Of a stretch of DNA of 64,000 nt, positions 54,434 through 63,902 are shown one piece after another. The DNA is from a virus (taxonomy: Duplodnaviria > Caudoviricetes). The position numbers and the translations under genes are program-made. The stretch's first letter is position 1. Each line of letters starts with the position of its first letter. The notes under the pieces are model-generated. The model saw only the letters and a list, made by a program, of their open reading frames with translations, searched no databases and had not been told where the DNA came from. The stretch is taken from positions 32,001 through 96,000 of the IMG/VR virus record IMGVR_UViG_3300037067_001739, one strand, 5' to 3'.

Positions 54434-55609
54434 CTAGCCGATGTCACCCTTGCGTGCATGTTTGAGGATTGCGAACAGGTCGTCACGGTGGAGTAAAAGC
54501 CTGTCATTAACCGCAGGATTTAACGCAAGGTCTTTCAGAACGGAGAAAGCCAAGTCCTCTGGAAGCATGATGAAGAAGTCACCGACATTGTTTAACTGCT
54601 TATCCGTGTACTTCTCCGCCTTTGTGCCAGAGAGACAATCGTTGATTTCATCGAGCGTAATCCTGAGCAGGTCAAATCTGGTATTGCCCTCGCCAGCTTC
54701 GATTTGAGAGACAACCCTGTCACGCACCTTAGCGAAGTTGTTGAAGATTTCCTGTGCCTTTATCGGTTTGTCAAGGTCGGTCTTGAGGGAATTGACGAAG
54801 CTGATTGCCGCAGTCGCACCAATTACCGTCTCCGCAACCTCTGCCCAATATTTGCGAGGTATGGTGTCACCGCTTAACAGTTTGTGCAGGAACTCGTATG
54901 CACGAGGCGTTGGTGCGATTTCAATAGGAATGTCAATCGCATCATTGCCGAGGAATTTTTCTTCCATTGAAATAAAGTCTATAATATCCTGCATGACTTT
55001 CTTTTCACGTGCCCACTTTAACCAGTTGCTCGTGGTCATAGCAAACTTGATATGCACGAACCTGTTCATCAAAGCGGGGTCAATTTCCTCGACATTGTAT
55101 TCCTGTCCAGTGCCAGCATCGGAACTTGGGGGATTACAAGCGCAGACAATCGGACAGTTATCGGGAATTTTGTGCGTGTGTATTCTACGGTCAAGCACAA
55201 TCTGGAATGCCGCTTGCTGTACGTCAAGTCTCCCACGATTAAACTCGTCAAAGAACAGAGCACGTTTCTCGCCGTCAGTCGGAAACCATGATGGGGGTAA
55301 CCACACCATTTTACCGACTATAGGAATCTTTGCCCCCTCTTGCTCACACATCGGACAGTGAGTGAAGCGAGCCGAGAACCCATACTCCGTATGACATTTT
55401 GGACAATAGAAGCTTGACGCAGGATGCCCGATTAAGTCACCGACTTCCATCTGACCGAGACGAAGGTCTATGACTTCGTAGCCAAGTTTCTCGTACACAT
55501 CACGGACAACTTGACTTTTACCGATACCATGCTTGCCCCATAGCATCGGTGTGAGTCCAACTTCGCCACAACGCTTTAAGATAAGCTGGACAAGTTCAAG
55601 ATTTTCCAT
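54434..55609 (-). CDS. MoxR-like AAA+ ATPase
   Basis: GKHGIGKS, FFDEFNRG, DPALMNRF, TPRAYE; zinc-ribbon insert CPKC..CPMC. Confidence 0.88.
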   Translation of the reverse strand: MENLELVQLILKRCGEVGLTPMLWGKHGIGKSQVVRDVYEKLGYEVIDLRLGQMEVGDLIGHPASSFYCPKCHTEYGFSARFTHCPMCEQEGAKIPIVGKMVWLPPSWFPTDGEKRALFFDEFNRGRLDVQQAAFQIVLDRRIHTHKIPDNCPIVCACNPPSSDAGTGQEYNVEEIDPALMNRFVHIKFAMTTSNWLKWAREKKVMQDIIDFISMEEKFLGNDAIDIPIEIAPTPRAYEFLHKLLSGDTIPRKYWAEVAETVIGATAAISFVNSLKTDLDKPIKAQEIFNNFAKVRDRVVSQIEAGEGNTRFDLLRITLDEINDCLSGTKAEKYTDKQLNNVGDFFIMLPEDLAFSVLKDLALNPAVNDRLLLHRDDLFAILKHARKGDIG

Positions 55610-55637
55610 ATAAACCTCTCTTTATCATGATACTATA

Positions 55638-55666
55638 ATTCTATCACAAGCCGCCATTATTGTCAA
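55638..55666 (-). promoter_or_regulatory. sigma70-type promoter
   Basis: TTGACA-17 (GGCTTGTGA)-TAGAAT. Confidence 0.78.
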
Positions 55667-56201
55667 CCTGTGCATCTGGCGTAATTTTGAACCACCCATC
55701 AAAAGTCTCACCATCAATGAGTTTGGGGACTTTCATTAGGTTGAGTCTTTGCCTCTTTGCGATGTTTTGAAACGCTCTGATTTGTGCCAGGGTAAATGCT
55801 CTTGAGTCTGTACGATACATAATATCTGACACAAGCTGTTGAACCCTGCCGAGATTTAACTCCATCAGACGGTAGCCAAGTTTCCTAGCTTCTCTCTGCT
55901 CGAAAATTTTATCATCGGTAGTAATACAAGCATCGAGATATAGGCTCGTTGCAAGTGACCTCTGCTTATCACTTAACATTCCCTTATGGATGATTTGACT
56001 TTGCAGGCTTTCAACAAGATACCGCACCCAAGGTAAACGCTCTTTTGTTTCGTTTAGTCTGTTCCACAGGGTGGCATTTTCAGGTTTAGACTTGAACTCA
56101 TTTATTGCCGTGTCCCTGTCCTTACCTGTGAAGCTATTTGCAGGTGCGGTCTGTTGCCACTGAACTTTTCTGGATACCGCACCCCAATATCTACTTTTCA
56201 T
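55644..56201 (-). CDS. hypothetical protein
   Basis: 185-aa ORF. Confidence 0.65.
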   Translation of the reverse strand: MKSRYWGAVSRKVQWQQTAPANSFTGKDRDTAINEFKSKPENATLWNRLNETKERLPWVRYLVESLQSQIIHKGMLSDKQRSLATSLYLDACITTDDKIFEQREARKLGYRLMELNLGRVQQLVSDIMYRTDSRAFTLAQIRAFQNIAKRQRLNLMKVPKLIDGETFDGWFKITPDAQVDNNGGL

Positions 56202-56562
56202 TGCCGAGTCCGTTTAGTCCTTTAAGTTCGTCATTGCCAAACCAGTTGGTCATCATATCAGTAAATTTTCCTAAGCCGAGCATATCCCCTATGCTGGTGT
56301 TGAGAATCTTGAGCAAAATAAGGTATTCTAATGCCATTGAGATTGCAACTGCTTGAGGGTCACCAGACATTAAAGCCCCCATCGCAAATTTATTTGCCCT
56401 CTCTGTGACGAAGTGGTACAGAACAGGGTTACTGTCATGGAGACTTTGAAGCTCGGTATCCAGCCATTTCTGGACTTCACCAGCAACAATGTGCTTATTA
56501 AGAGCCTTGAATTGCTCTTTTATATGGTTTTCGGCTACCTTTGGTAGATTATCCATCATCAT
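56191..56562 (-). CDS. hypothetical protein
   Basis: 123-aa ORF, coupled overlap. Confidence 0.6.
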   Translation of the reverse strand: MMMDNLPKVAENHIKEQFKALNKHIVAGEVQKWLDTELQSLHDSNPVLYHFVTERANKFAMGALMSGDPQAVAISMALEYLILLKILNTSIGDMLGLGKFTDMMTNWFGNDELKGLNGLGNEK

Positions 56563-56774
56563 GAGACAAACCTCATAATTGCCATCATCACAGCAAACTG
56601 GATATTCGGGTCAAATGGTAGCCATAATGGTACATGTTTGAGTAAAAATTCGTACATAACACTCCTAATTAAAACAGAGTCGGGCAGGTGAAGGAAACGG
56701 TACTTACACTAATCTTGTCGAAATTCGACTGTGCCCTCGCCTAGTTTCCAATCACCTGCGCCGCAACCCCCAAA

Positions 56775-57143
56775 TTAAGACTTATTGCGGAAGTGCCGAA
56801 GAATATCGGGTGGTTCTTTTGGTTGACCTTGGTCTGCCGCTTTCTCCATCGCTTCTGCCATGTCCTTCATCGCTTTCATAGCGACTACCATCTGCATCTT
56901 TTGTGTATAGGCTTTAATCGCTGTGGTAACCAAGTTTATCGAGGTCAATAGCGCAAGAAGGATGCCGACACCCTTGAGCATTGTCAAGAATGTTACTGAC
57001 GTTGCAACGGACAGCATAGCCACTCCGACTACATTCCATCCGAGAGTGAGCAATCCTGCCGCAATGCACGCAAGACCACCCAAGATTACGAGTGCCAGAA
57101 GCACTCCGAGGAATACGGAAAGCACTTTTGATTTAATGTTCAT
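56775..57143 (-). CDS. membrane protein
   Basis: 2-3 hydrophobic segments. Confidence 0.65.
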   Translation of the reverse strand: MNIKSKVLSVFLGVLLALVILGGLACIAAGLLTLGWNVVGVAMLSVATSVTFLTMLKGVGILLALLTSINLVTTAIKAYTQKMQMVVAMKAMKDMAEAMEKAADQGQPKEPPDILRHFRNKS

Positions 57144-57905
57144 TTACTTCTCCACCAGAGCCTTTAACGCATCCTCAAGGTTCTGTTGCGGTTGAGCCGC
57201 AGGTGTCGCAACGGTAACCGTCTTACCAGACAGTTTGTCCTGAGCCATCTGGTTGAGCGCATCGAGGTATTTGTCGGAATAGTCCTCATGGGTGAACGGT
57301 TTGGAGAACTTGCCGATAACCTGCGTAATCAGGTCAAGCTGAACGCTGGAAACCTCGGATTTCGGCACTTGCGGTGCGTCTTTCATTTCGTTTGACCAGT
57401 ACAAGGTGGACATAACCAGTCCCCCGTTGAGAGGGCGAATAACGCAGAGACTTTCTCTCTGACGAACTGCCACCTTTCCGATTGCTACCTTGTTCAGTTT
57501 CTTCAGACCTTCAGCAAAGAGATTGAAAGCCTGAACACCGACTTCATCAGGTGCAACGTAATAGGTAGTCTCGAAAAGCAGGGGATTGATTTCCTGTGCC
57601 TGTACGAAGCGGTCAACCTCGATGTTTTTTGTAGTAGCCAACGGTAGACTGGCAAGTTCATCGTTGGAGAACGTGACCACCTGTCCCTTGCTAACCTCAA
57701 GCCCTTTCACGATGTCGTCTTTGGAAAGTTCTTTATTGCAGGTCTTACAATAAGCTTTCCTGCCACCCGCACCCATATCATCTTTATGGTATTCGTGCAG
57801 GTTGCTCTTGGCTTCTCTCGCTATCCCATCCAGTCGAACAGGAATGAGAAAAGCACCGCCGATGGAGATTGCCATTTTCCATCCACGACTTTGACCCTTA
57901 GCCAT
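57144..57905 (-). CDS. ku: Ku DNA end-binding protein
   Basis: WKMAISIG..IPVRL, DIVKGLEV, IEVDRFV..ETTYYVAPD, RQRE, TLYWSNE. Confidence 0.92.
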   Translation of the reverse strand: MAKGQSRGWKMAISIGGAFLIPVRLDGIAREAKSNLHEYHKDDMGAGGRKAYCKTCNKELSKDDIVKGLEVSKGQVVTFSNDELASLPLATTKNIEVDRFVQAQEINPLLFETTYYVAPDEVGVQAFNLFAEGLKKLNKVAIGKVAVRQRESLCVIRPLNGGLVMSTLYWSNEMKDAPQVPKSEVSSVQLDLITQVIGKFSKPFTHEDYSDKYLDALNQMAQDKLSGKTVTVATPAAQPQQNLEDALKALVEK

Positions 57906-58239
57906 TTTTCACCTCGCATAAAGCTATTGTATTTATAGGTATCTTTTGTAACACTGACCAACACAAGAACCTGTCCAAACATTCGCCACAGCTCCGAGTA
58001 CAGGTGATGAAAGCTTCGGCAAATTCTTCGGACTGTCCACATTCGGGACAAAAGTCCATAGGTTCGCAGTCATAGTTGCCACCGATGTTGAAGTGCTGGT
58101 AGTCGTGCTTCATTTGTGCCGACCAACCTTCCCATCCGCACTTGCCGCACTTCACGTAGTGCTCGTAGTCTGTATGTCTGCTAAACACTATAGAATTCCC
58201 CACATTTATAATTGTACCACGTGCCACCGTCATTGTCAA
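57898..58239 (-). CDS. Cys-motif / zinc-ribbon protein
   Basis: CGECLDRFLCWS. Confidence 0.7.
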   Translation of the reverse strand: MTMTVARGTIINVGNSIVFSRHTDYEHYVKCGKCGWEGWSAQMKHDYQHFNIGGNYDCEPMDFCPECGQSEEFAEAFITCTRSCGECLDRFLCWSVLQKIPINTIALCEVKNG

Positions 58240-58907
58240 GTACCCTTAGAGAGTGCAAGTTCAGCATGGAGTAGAATACGTGCCAAAGCTGGATTGACTC
58301 CCCTCTTTCTAAATGTACGGTATATCACGATTGTCTGCGCCCCATCCCAAGTATTCTTGAGAATTGACTCAACATCTTTTTCACTTAGTACCCAAACAGT
58401 ACCACCATAGCGAGCATACACTCCCTTTGGCTTGAACTCGTACCCGAAACCGATTTTGCCCAACCTTGCTCGGAGATTTTCGAGTGCCTTTTGAGCATCA
58501 TCCTTCCGCTTCTTTTCCATGTAAGCCTTAGCATCTTTGACTTGCTCTTCTCGGCTCTTTTCTATGGGTACTTGGTAATCTCCATCATCTACGTTGCCTG
58601 TCCAGCAGTTGAAGAAACTCTTGCAGGCTTTCGTGCAATTACAGGAGATTCCTTCTGGACTTAGAAGATTACCACCAATGAAGGGGCGGCACTGAGGGTG
58701 AACGATAATAGCAGGCTCATTAACATCGCTCATTTCTCGGCTAAACGGATTCCACTTACCACCACTTCGGTAACCCCAATTAGACGCACCGCAATGGGGG
58801 CATTTCATCTTGTCGAGAATAAGGTGATGAATGCCAAACTTCCTGTCCTTGTCTCTTTCAGACAGGGTAGTGAAGTCTTTGCCGCATCTGTTACAATGGA
58901 GTTTCAT
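58236..58907 (-). CDS. zinc-ribbon protein with variant Cys motif
   Basis: CNRC..CPHC; CTKACKSFFNCWT. Confidence 0.68.
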   Translation of the reverse strand: MKLHCNRCGKDFTTLSERDKDRKFGIHHLILDKMKCPHCGASNWGYRSGGKWNPFSREMSDVNEPAIIVHPQCRPFIGGNLLSPEGISCNCTKACKSFFNCWTGNVDDGDYQVPIEKSREEQVKDAKAYMEKKRKDDAQKALENLRARLGKIGFGYEFKPKGVYARYGGTVWVLSEKDVESILKNTWDGAQTIVIYRTFRKRGVNPALARILLHAELALSKGT

Positions 58908-59290
58908 TTATCGGCTCTTTTTTCCTCACGCTTTCGCTCATTCTCTATTATTTTAGCACGAGCCGCACATTTAGTCAAGTCCACACCACTACGAGCCAAG
59001 AACGCTTCCAGCAGTTCAGTGATGGTGGGTTCTTGGTCAAACGGTATCTTTGCCAAATCATCTTCCAAGTTTACCCTCAAGCCGTCACTCGTAAAGCAAC
59101 GGAACTTGAGTTTACAGGATTTACAGATGTTTTCTTCGTCAGTGTTGCCGAGACACCGCTTATCCATTAGGAGCTGGTATGGTTTATCCTTGAAGGTCAG
59201 GTAAATGGGCTTTCCAGGCTCTTCCTTGACCTCTCGGATTTTAACTGTGATGATAGCATCATCCTCAAGATTCACAGCCACTCGCTTCAT
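58904..59290 (-). CDS. Cys-motif protein
   Basis: CKSCKLKFRCFT. Confidence 0.72.
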   Translation of the reverse strand: MKRVAVNLEDDAIITVKIREVKEEPGKPIYLTFKDKPYQLLMDKRCLGNTDEENICKSCKLKFRCFTSDGLRVNLEDDLAKIPFDQEPTITELLEAFLARSGVDLTKCAARAKIIENERKREEKRADK

Positions 59291-59636
59291 AATCGCTTCT
59301 CCCTTTCTTGTTTAGATATATTACAAACCACTCGGCATCTTTCATTTTTATGTCTCTACAATGGTTTCCGTATGGTAAGTCCTTACGATTCGTATTCCTG
59401 CCACGTGGATGTATACTCCACATGGTTTTGTTGAGGAACTTTTTGCACAACTCCAGAAACAGTTGCCCTTCTTCGTTGTTGGGTACATCAAAAGCATATC
59501 TGAATCTACCAGTCTGTACTTTCCTCAGCTTGCCAGTAGTAAAGCATTCGAACTTATATTTACACTTGCCGCAGACACCGCTAGTTATATCTGGTGTCAT
59601 TGTCAATCTACACTTTGCTATTAAATGCTGATTCAT
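59265..59636 (-). CDS. Cys-motif protein
   Basis: CGKCKYKFECFT. Confidence 0.72.
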   Translation of the reverse strand: MNQHLIAKCRLTMTPDITSGVCGKCKYKFECFTTGKLRKVQTGRFRYAFDVPNNEEGQLFLELCKKFLNKTMWSIHPRGRNTNRKDLPYGNHCRDIKMKDAEWFVIYLNKKGRSDYEASGCES

Positions 59637-59854
59637 TTTTCTTTATGTCGAATTGTAAAGCAACGGAAACGATACGCACACGTGAGACAAGCCTTTCTTG
59701 AGTGGGTAAATCTTGGTGGGTGAACCTGCTCTTTTACTTTACCCCAAATCAAGTTCCAGCATTGCCCCATTATCTTATCCACAAAATCTTGTGGTGGTGT
59801 CTCTCCATTTGCTTTCCATATACTTTCAGTACGTTGAATCTTGGTGGGCTTCAT
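59633..59854 (-). CDS. Cys-motif protein
   Basis: CLTCAYRFRCFT. Confidence 0.72.
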   Translation of the reverse strand: MKPTKIQRTESIWKANGETPPQDFVDKIMGQCWNLIWGKVKEQVHPPRFTHSRKACLTCAYRFRCFTIRHKEK

Positions 59855-60129
59855 TTCTTTATCGTATAGCAGAGGAATCTATCTTCGCAGTCTCCGCACA
59901 TGTCCAGTGCCTTGAACATCTTACAGTTACGAATATCTGCTAATTCTCTTAATTCATCCTCATGTAATGCCCAAAACTGACCATTTTCAAATTGAAGATG
60001 ATATTTCCTCACCTTGTAGTCAATGGCGAACACCCAACCGAACAACCCTAAGAATGTTTCCTCGCCAATTCTACCAGTTTCTTTTATCTTAATCCTGTCG
60101 CCAAGATTGATAGCGTTTTCTAACTTCAT
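59851..60129 (-). CDS. Cys-motif protein
   Basis: CGDCEDRFLCYT. Confidence 0.72.
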   Translation of the reverse strand: MKLENAINLGDRIKIKETGRIGEETFLGLFGWVFAIDYKVRKYHLQFENGQFWALHEDELRELADIRNCKMFKALDMCGDCEDRFLCYTIKK

Positions 60130-61046
60130 ACGATTGTGTCAATCTGATGTACTGCCTTGTCGAAGCGGATACACTTGAACTGAGGATGCCTCAATGAATT
60201 GACAGTACCATCTGCATTCCGAATCGCACCATAATGCTTTACAGTGACCACAATTTTTGGTGTAACGTAGAACTCATCGCCCTTGTTCCCTGTGGTTATT
60301 GATTGCAGGATTGGAAGCAATGTTTCCTTGGGTACGGTATTTGCACCGAAGCCACCACCCACGTATGTCAAGCGTTGAAGCTTGTTATCAACCCTGTGTC
60401 CAACAAGGATTGAGAGGGTCTTTGCCCTGCGAGAGCCTGACTGATAACCCATGATTACAAAGTCATTGTCAGCCATGAACTTCCGCTTCGCCCACCGACC
60501 AGTTTGCCCATCAATATACTTGGACAGTGGGTCTTTAATTACGATGCCCTCGAATCCCATGCTGACTACACGGTTAAAAAACGCATCCAACTCCTGCTGA
60601 TTCCGACAAATTGCCTTGGGTACAAGACTGACTTTCTTGTTGTAGAACGTCAGACTTTCCAGAAGCTTTCGGGTGGCAATGTGGTCGTTGTCCTTCCAGA
60701 CTTCTTGACCATCGTACTTGAGACACCCAAAGATTGCCAAATTCAAATCGGGGTCAAGTTTGTGAGCGAGGAAGTCATAGAAATTAGTGCCAGCTCCATA
60801 GACTAACTCCCCCAAGAACACGCTATCATCGGGAATATCTATCTTGGTCACTGGCATGTCAGTCCTTATACGACCATGTTCGGGTTTGTTGGCAAGAAAG
60901 ATGTCACCATGTTTCTTGATTACGTACTGGAACTCTCCATCCATCTTGACCTCGGCAAGACAAGGGAAGGGAATGTGCTCTCCCTCAATTTCCATGAAAG
61001 GGAGTCCGTTGTAAAGCGGGCTTGTCTTATCCTGATATGTCCTCAT
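60126..61046 (-). CDS. ATP-dependent DNA ligase
   Basis: EVKMDGE, LGELV, FEGIVIKD, WAKRK, VGGGF, SLRHPQF..RFDK. Confidence 0.9.
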   Translation of the reverse strand: MRTYQDKTSPLYNGLPFMEIEGEHIPFPCLAEVKMDGEFQYVIKKHGDIFLANKPEHGRIRTDMPVTKIDIPDDSVFLGELVYGAGTNFYDFLAHKLDPDLNLAIFGCLKYDGQEVWKDNDHIATRKLLESLTFYNKKVSLVPKAICRNQQELDAFFNRVVSMGFEGIVIKDPLSKYIDGQTGRWAKRKFMADNDFVIMGYQSGSRRAKTLSILVGHRVDNKLQRLTYVGGGFGANTVPKETLLPILQSITTGNKGDEFYVTPKIVVTVKHYGAIRNADGTVNSLRHPQFKCIRFDKAVHQIDTIV

Positions 61047-61278
61047 AGTCTACCTTCCTATTTGGGTCTGTCAACCAGTGCCAGAACGAATGACATTCCC
61101 TACAAAAGATTACAATATCAAACAACCAACTGTCGCCGCAATGGTGAACAGTCAGGTTTGTTGTTGTATCGCAATTCTCGCAATGACCTACCCATTCCCT
61201 TACTGCCCTGAGTATTTGGGTTTTTATTTTGCCAGTACGAGCTTTCTCGTCTGCCCAAACTATCAGTGCTGTTGTCAT
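61027..61278 (-). CDS. small HNH-like protein
   Basis: CENC..LTVHH..FCRECHSFWH. Confidence 0.55.
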   Translation of the reverse strand: MTTALIVWADEKARTGKIKTQILRAVREWVGHCENCDTTTNLTVHHCGDSWLFDIVIFCRECHSFWHWLTDPNRKVDYEDISG

Positions 61279-61593
61279 GCTGGTAGCTTTGCCCTAACCT
61301 CAAGCTTCGTGTCGCAACGTGGACAGGTTATCCTGTGCCATTCTCGGTCTATGGACATTATGACATTAAACATCTTGACACCATCCACGTGAATGCCAAG
61401 CTTCGCATTGCATTTGGGACATTTACCTTTGACTAGAATTTCGGATGGCATATCCACATTTCCCCACAATTCGGGCAGAGTACAGGAATTTCACTATCGT
61501 ATTCTATGATTATCAGCCACTTTCTATGGTAGTTTACTGGTATTCTAAGTAACTGACCGCAATCTGGACAGTTGGCTTCATATATCTGTTGGG

Positions 61594-62751
61594 TCATTCT
61601 CCACCTGCCTTAAAGTTGTACACAGGTTTCATCATGAAGTCAATTTCCACTGTCTCCCCGATTGCCTCTACGATTACGTCTTTGTCCTTATATGCCATCG
61701 GAGATTCGTCTATTGTGTCAATCGTTGCGGTTGTGGTATAGATACCTTCCATTTCGGATTTGAATTCATCCATCGAGAGTGTCTCTTTGGCTTTCCTTCT
61801 GGACAGTATCCTACCTGCACCATGCGGTGCGGATTCGTTCCACTTAGTATTTCCCTTGCCAGTACAGACTGCAACACCGTCTCGCATATTGAACGGAATC
61901 ACTAACCGTTCTCCATAGTGTGCCGATACCGCACCTTTCCTGACAATTTTATCCTCAAAATTGATGTAGTTATGGACTGTTTCAATGGCGTTGGAATCCC
62001 AGGCAGACTGTCCGAAGTAACTCAGGATAACTTCTGCCATGACTCCCCTGTTCATCTTTGCGTAAAGCTGTGCTATCTTCATTGCCTCAAGATAACTTTC
62101 AGCTCCGAAGCCAATCGGTAGATACTCAAGGTTCTTGTAAGCGTCAGCCCCAACGAACATGGTCTTGAGCAATTCTTTAGCTTTGCTTTGGTAGTGGTTT
62201 GCTACCCGCAACCCGAAATTCCTGCTACCCGAATGGATGAGAAGCCAGTATTCTCCCTCATCCGTCTGGTCTATTTCGATGAAATGATTACCACCACCGA
62301 GTGTCCCGATTGAGCCAACAACCTTGGACTGGTCTTGACCTGTGACTCCTGCCAATCCGATAACATCGGACATTCCTTTGCCAAAGTAATCCTTGGGTTT
62401 CTTACCAGTCACCATTTTTTCATCGGTGCTTCTAATGTTGAAGCCACTCGGAACATTCTTCTTGATAAAAGTATCCAGTGCCTTGAAGTCAATGCTCTCT
62501 GCTTTCAATGGGTAAGCAAGCACTCCACAGCCAATGTCTACCCCCACAACGTTAGGGATAACGTACTCATTCATCTTGGCAGTAAAACCTATTACCGCAC
62601 CAGCACCAGCATGACAATCTGGCATGATAGCGATGTAGGTATGAGCAAACGCTGGATGATTGAGGAACGAGTAGATTTGGCTAATTGTTTCTTGGTCTAG
62701 TTCGTCAATCATGACGTTTGCCGAATTGTATTTTCCTCTAAATGTCTGCAA
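61594..62751 (-). CDS. rtcB: RtcB RNA ligase
   Basis: MPDCHAG, VGVDIGCG, GTLGGGNHFIE, HSGSR, HNY, SAPHGAGR, DESPMAYK. Confidence 0.95.
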   Translation of the reverse strand: MQTFRGKYNSANVMIDELDQETISQIYSFLNHPAFAHTYIAIMPDCHAGAGAVIGFTAKMNEYVIPNVVGVDIGCGVLAYPLKAESIDFKALDTFIKKNVPSGFNIRSTDEKMVTGKKPKDYFGKGMSDVIGLAGVTGQDQSKVVGSIGTLGGGNHFIEIDQTDEGEYWLLIHSGSRNFGLRVANHYQSKAKELLKTMFVGADAYKNLEYLPIGFGAESYLEAMKIAQLYAKMNRGVMAEVILSYFGQSAWDSNAIETVHNYINFEDKIVRKGAVSAHYGERLVIPFNMRDGVAVCTGKGNTKWNESAPHGAGRILSRRKAKETLSMDEFKSEMEGIYTTTATIDTIDESPMAYKDKDVIVEAIGETVEIDFMMKPVYNFKAGGE

Positions 62752-63873
62752 TTTTTATTTCCTTTTTGAAGCTAAATAAAATGCCAGAAAATGCACTTTT
62801 ATGCACTATTGAGCGTGGGAAAAACGCCATTTATAATCTTTTTTAACGGGTTTTTCCTCGGTCTGAACGGGTGGTTTAGCTTCAGATTCATTGGTTTTTC
62901 TGGACTTTTTCGGCTTATTTTCTGAAATTTTATTTTGTCGTATCTCTTTACCGCAGAGAATACACTTCAAATAATGAGGCTCTTCCTGTTTACCCTTCTC
63001 CCATGCCATCGTTCCATTGATGCACCGAGGACAGGTATAAGCCCAATAATTTACCGCAACTGTTCTTGTCTTTATTTCCATTCTTCTTCCAGTGCGGCTA
63101 ACTCCGCCGCCCTCTCCTTTGCTTCACGACATTGAGGGCAACAACCTTCGAGAATGTTGGTATGAGTCTCTGATTGAATGTCTGTATATATCTCAACCAG
63201 CCCACCCTCAACCATTTCCTCAAAGGGCTTACCACAATCGAGACAGGTGAACTTGAAGTTTCGCCTCATACCGAACTCTTCGAGGACGGCATTGTGGATG
63301 CTTTGCTTTACATCGGGAGGTAGATTAGCGAAGTCCATCTTGTATTCCTTGCGAGCCAGTTCATCTTCTCGCTTGTCCTGTTGTGATTGACTGACTTTAG
63401 CCATGTTTTTCTCCGTCTTTTTGTCCCATAGCTTTGAGTTGCATCTCTGCATACTCCGAAGCCATGCGGTACAGATTATCATTGTTATAAATTTCTTCCA
63501 GTGTCCATTGAGGATGGAGTCTTTGCCATTCCTCAATCTTGTCCATCAGGAAGCGTTTCATCATTCCCATTATTTGTGCCGTCCTACATCATTGATTGGT
63601 GCTTCGGTTGTTATCTCTGGTTTGGGTCTTTTAGGGCGCCCGTTAGCTTCAAGCTGTTCTAGCGCACGTTTAGCCGTTTCATCTATCTTATCTATCCTGT
63701 CTTTAGCATTCTTTTTGATATACTTGATTTCAGATGCCACAGCCTTGCAGGATTCCTTTTCGGGATAGTGACAATAAAACACGTGCGGACACCTGCCACC
63801 CAACCAGCGTTTCGGTGACCAGCAGTTGTTGCCGACTTGACTTGAACTTACTGCAATACTATTCATTATCTTT

Positions 63874-63902
63874 ATTCTACCACAAGCCGCTTTCGATGTC
63901 AA
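63874..63902 (-). promoter_or_regulatory. sigma70-type promoter, leaderless geometry
   Basis: TTGACA-17 (GGCTTGTGG)-TAGAAT, 7 nt to the ATG at 63866. Confidence 0.78.

Noticed and set aside
12870-63768. Plus-strand ORFs in the minus-strand region, including 54738-55361 and 58698-59204
   Set aside because: They are antisense to well-supported genes and have no motifs or promoters.
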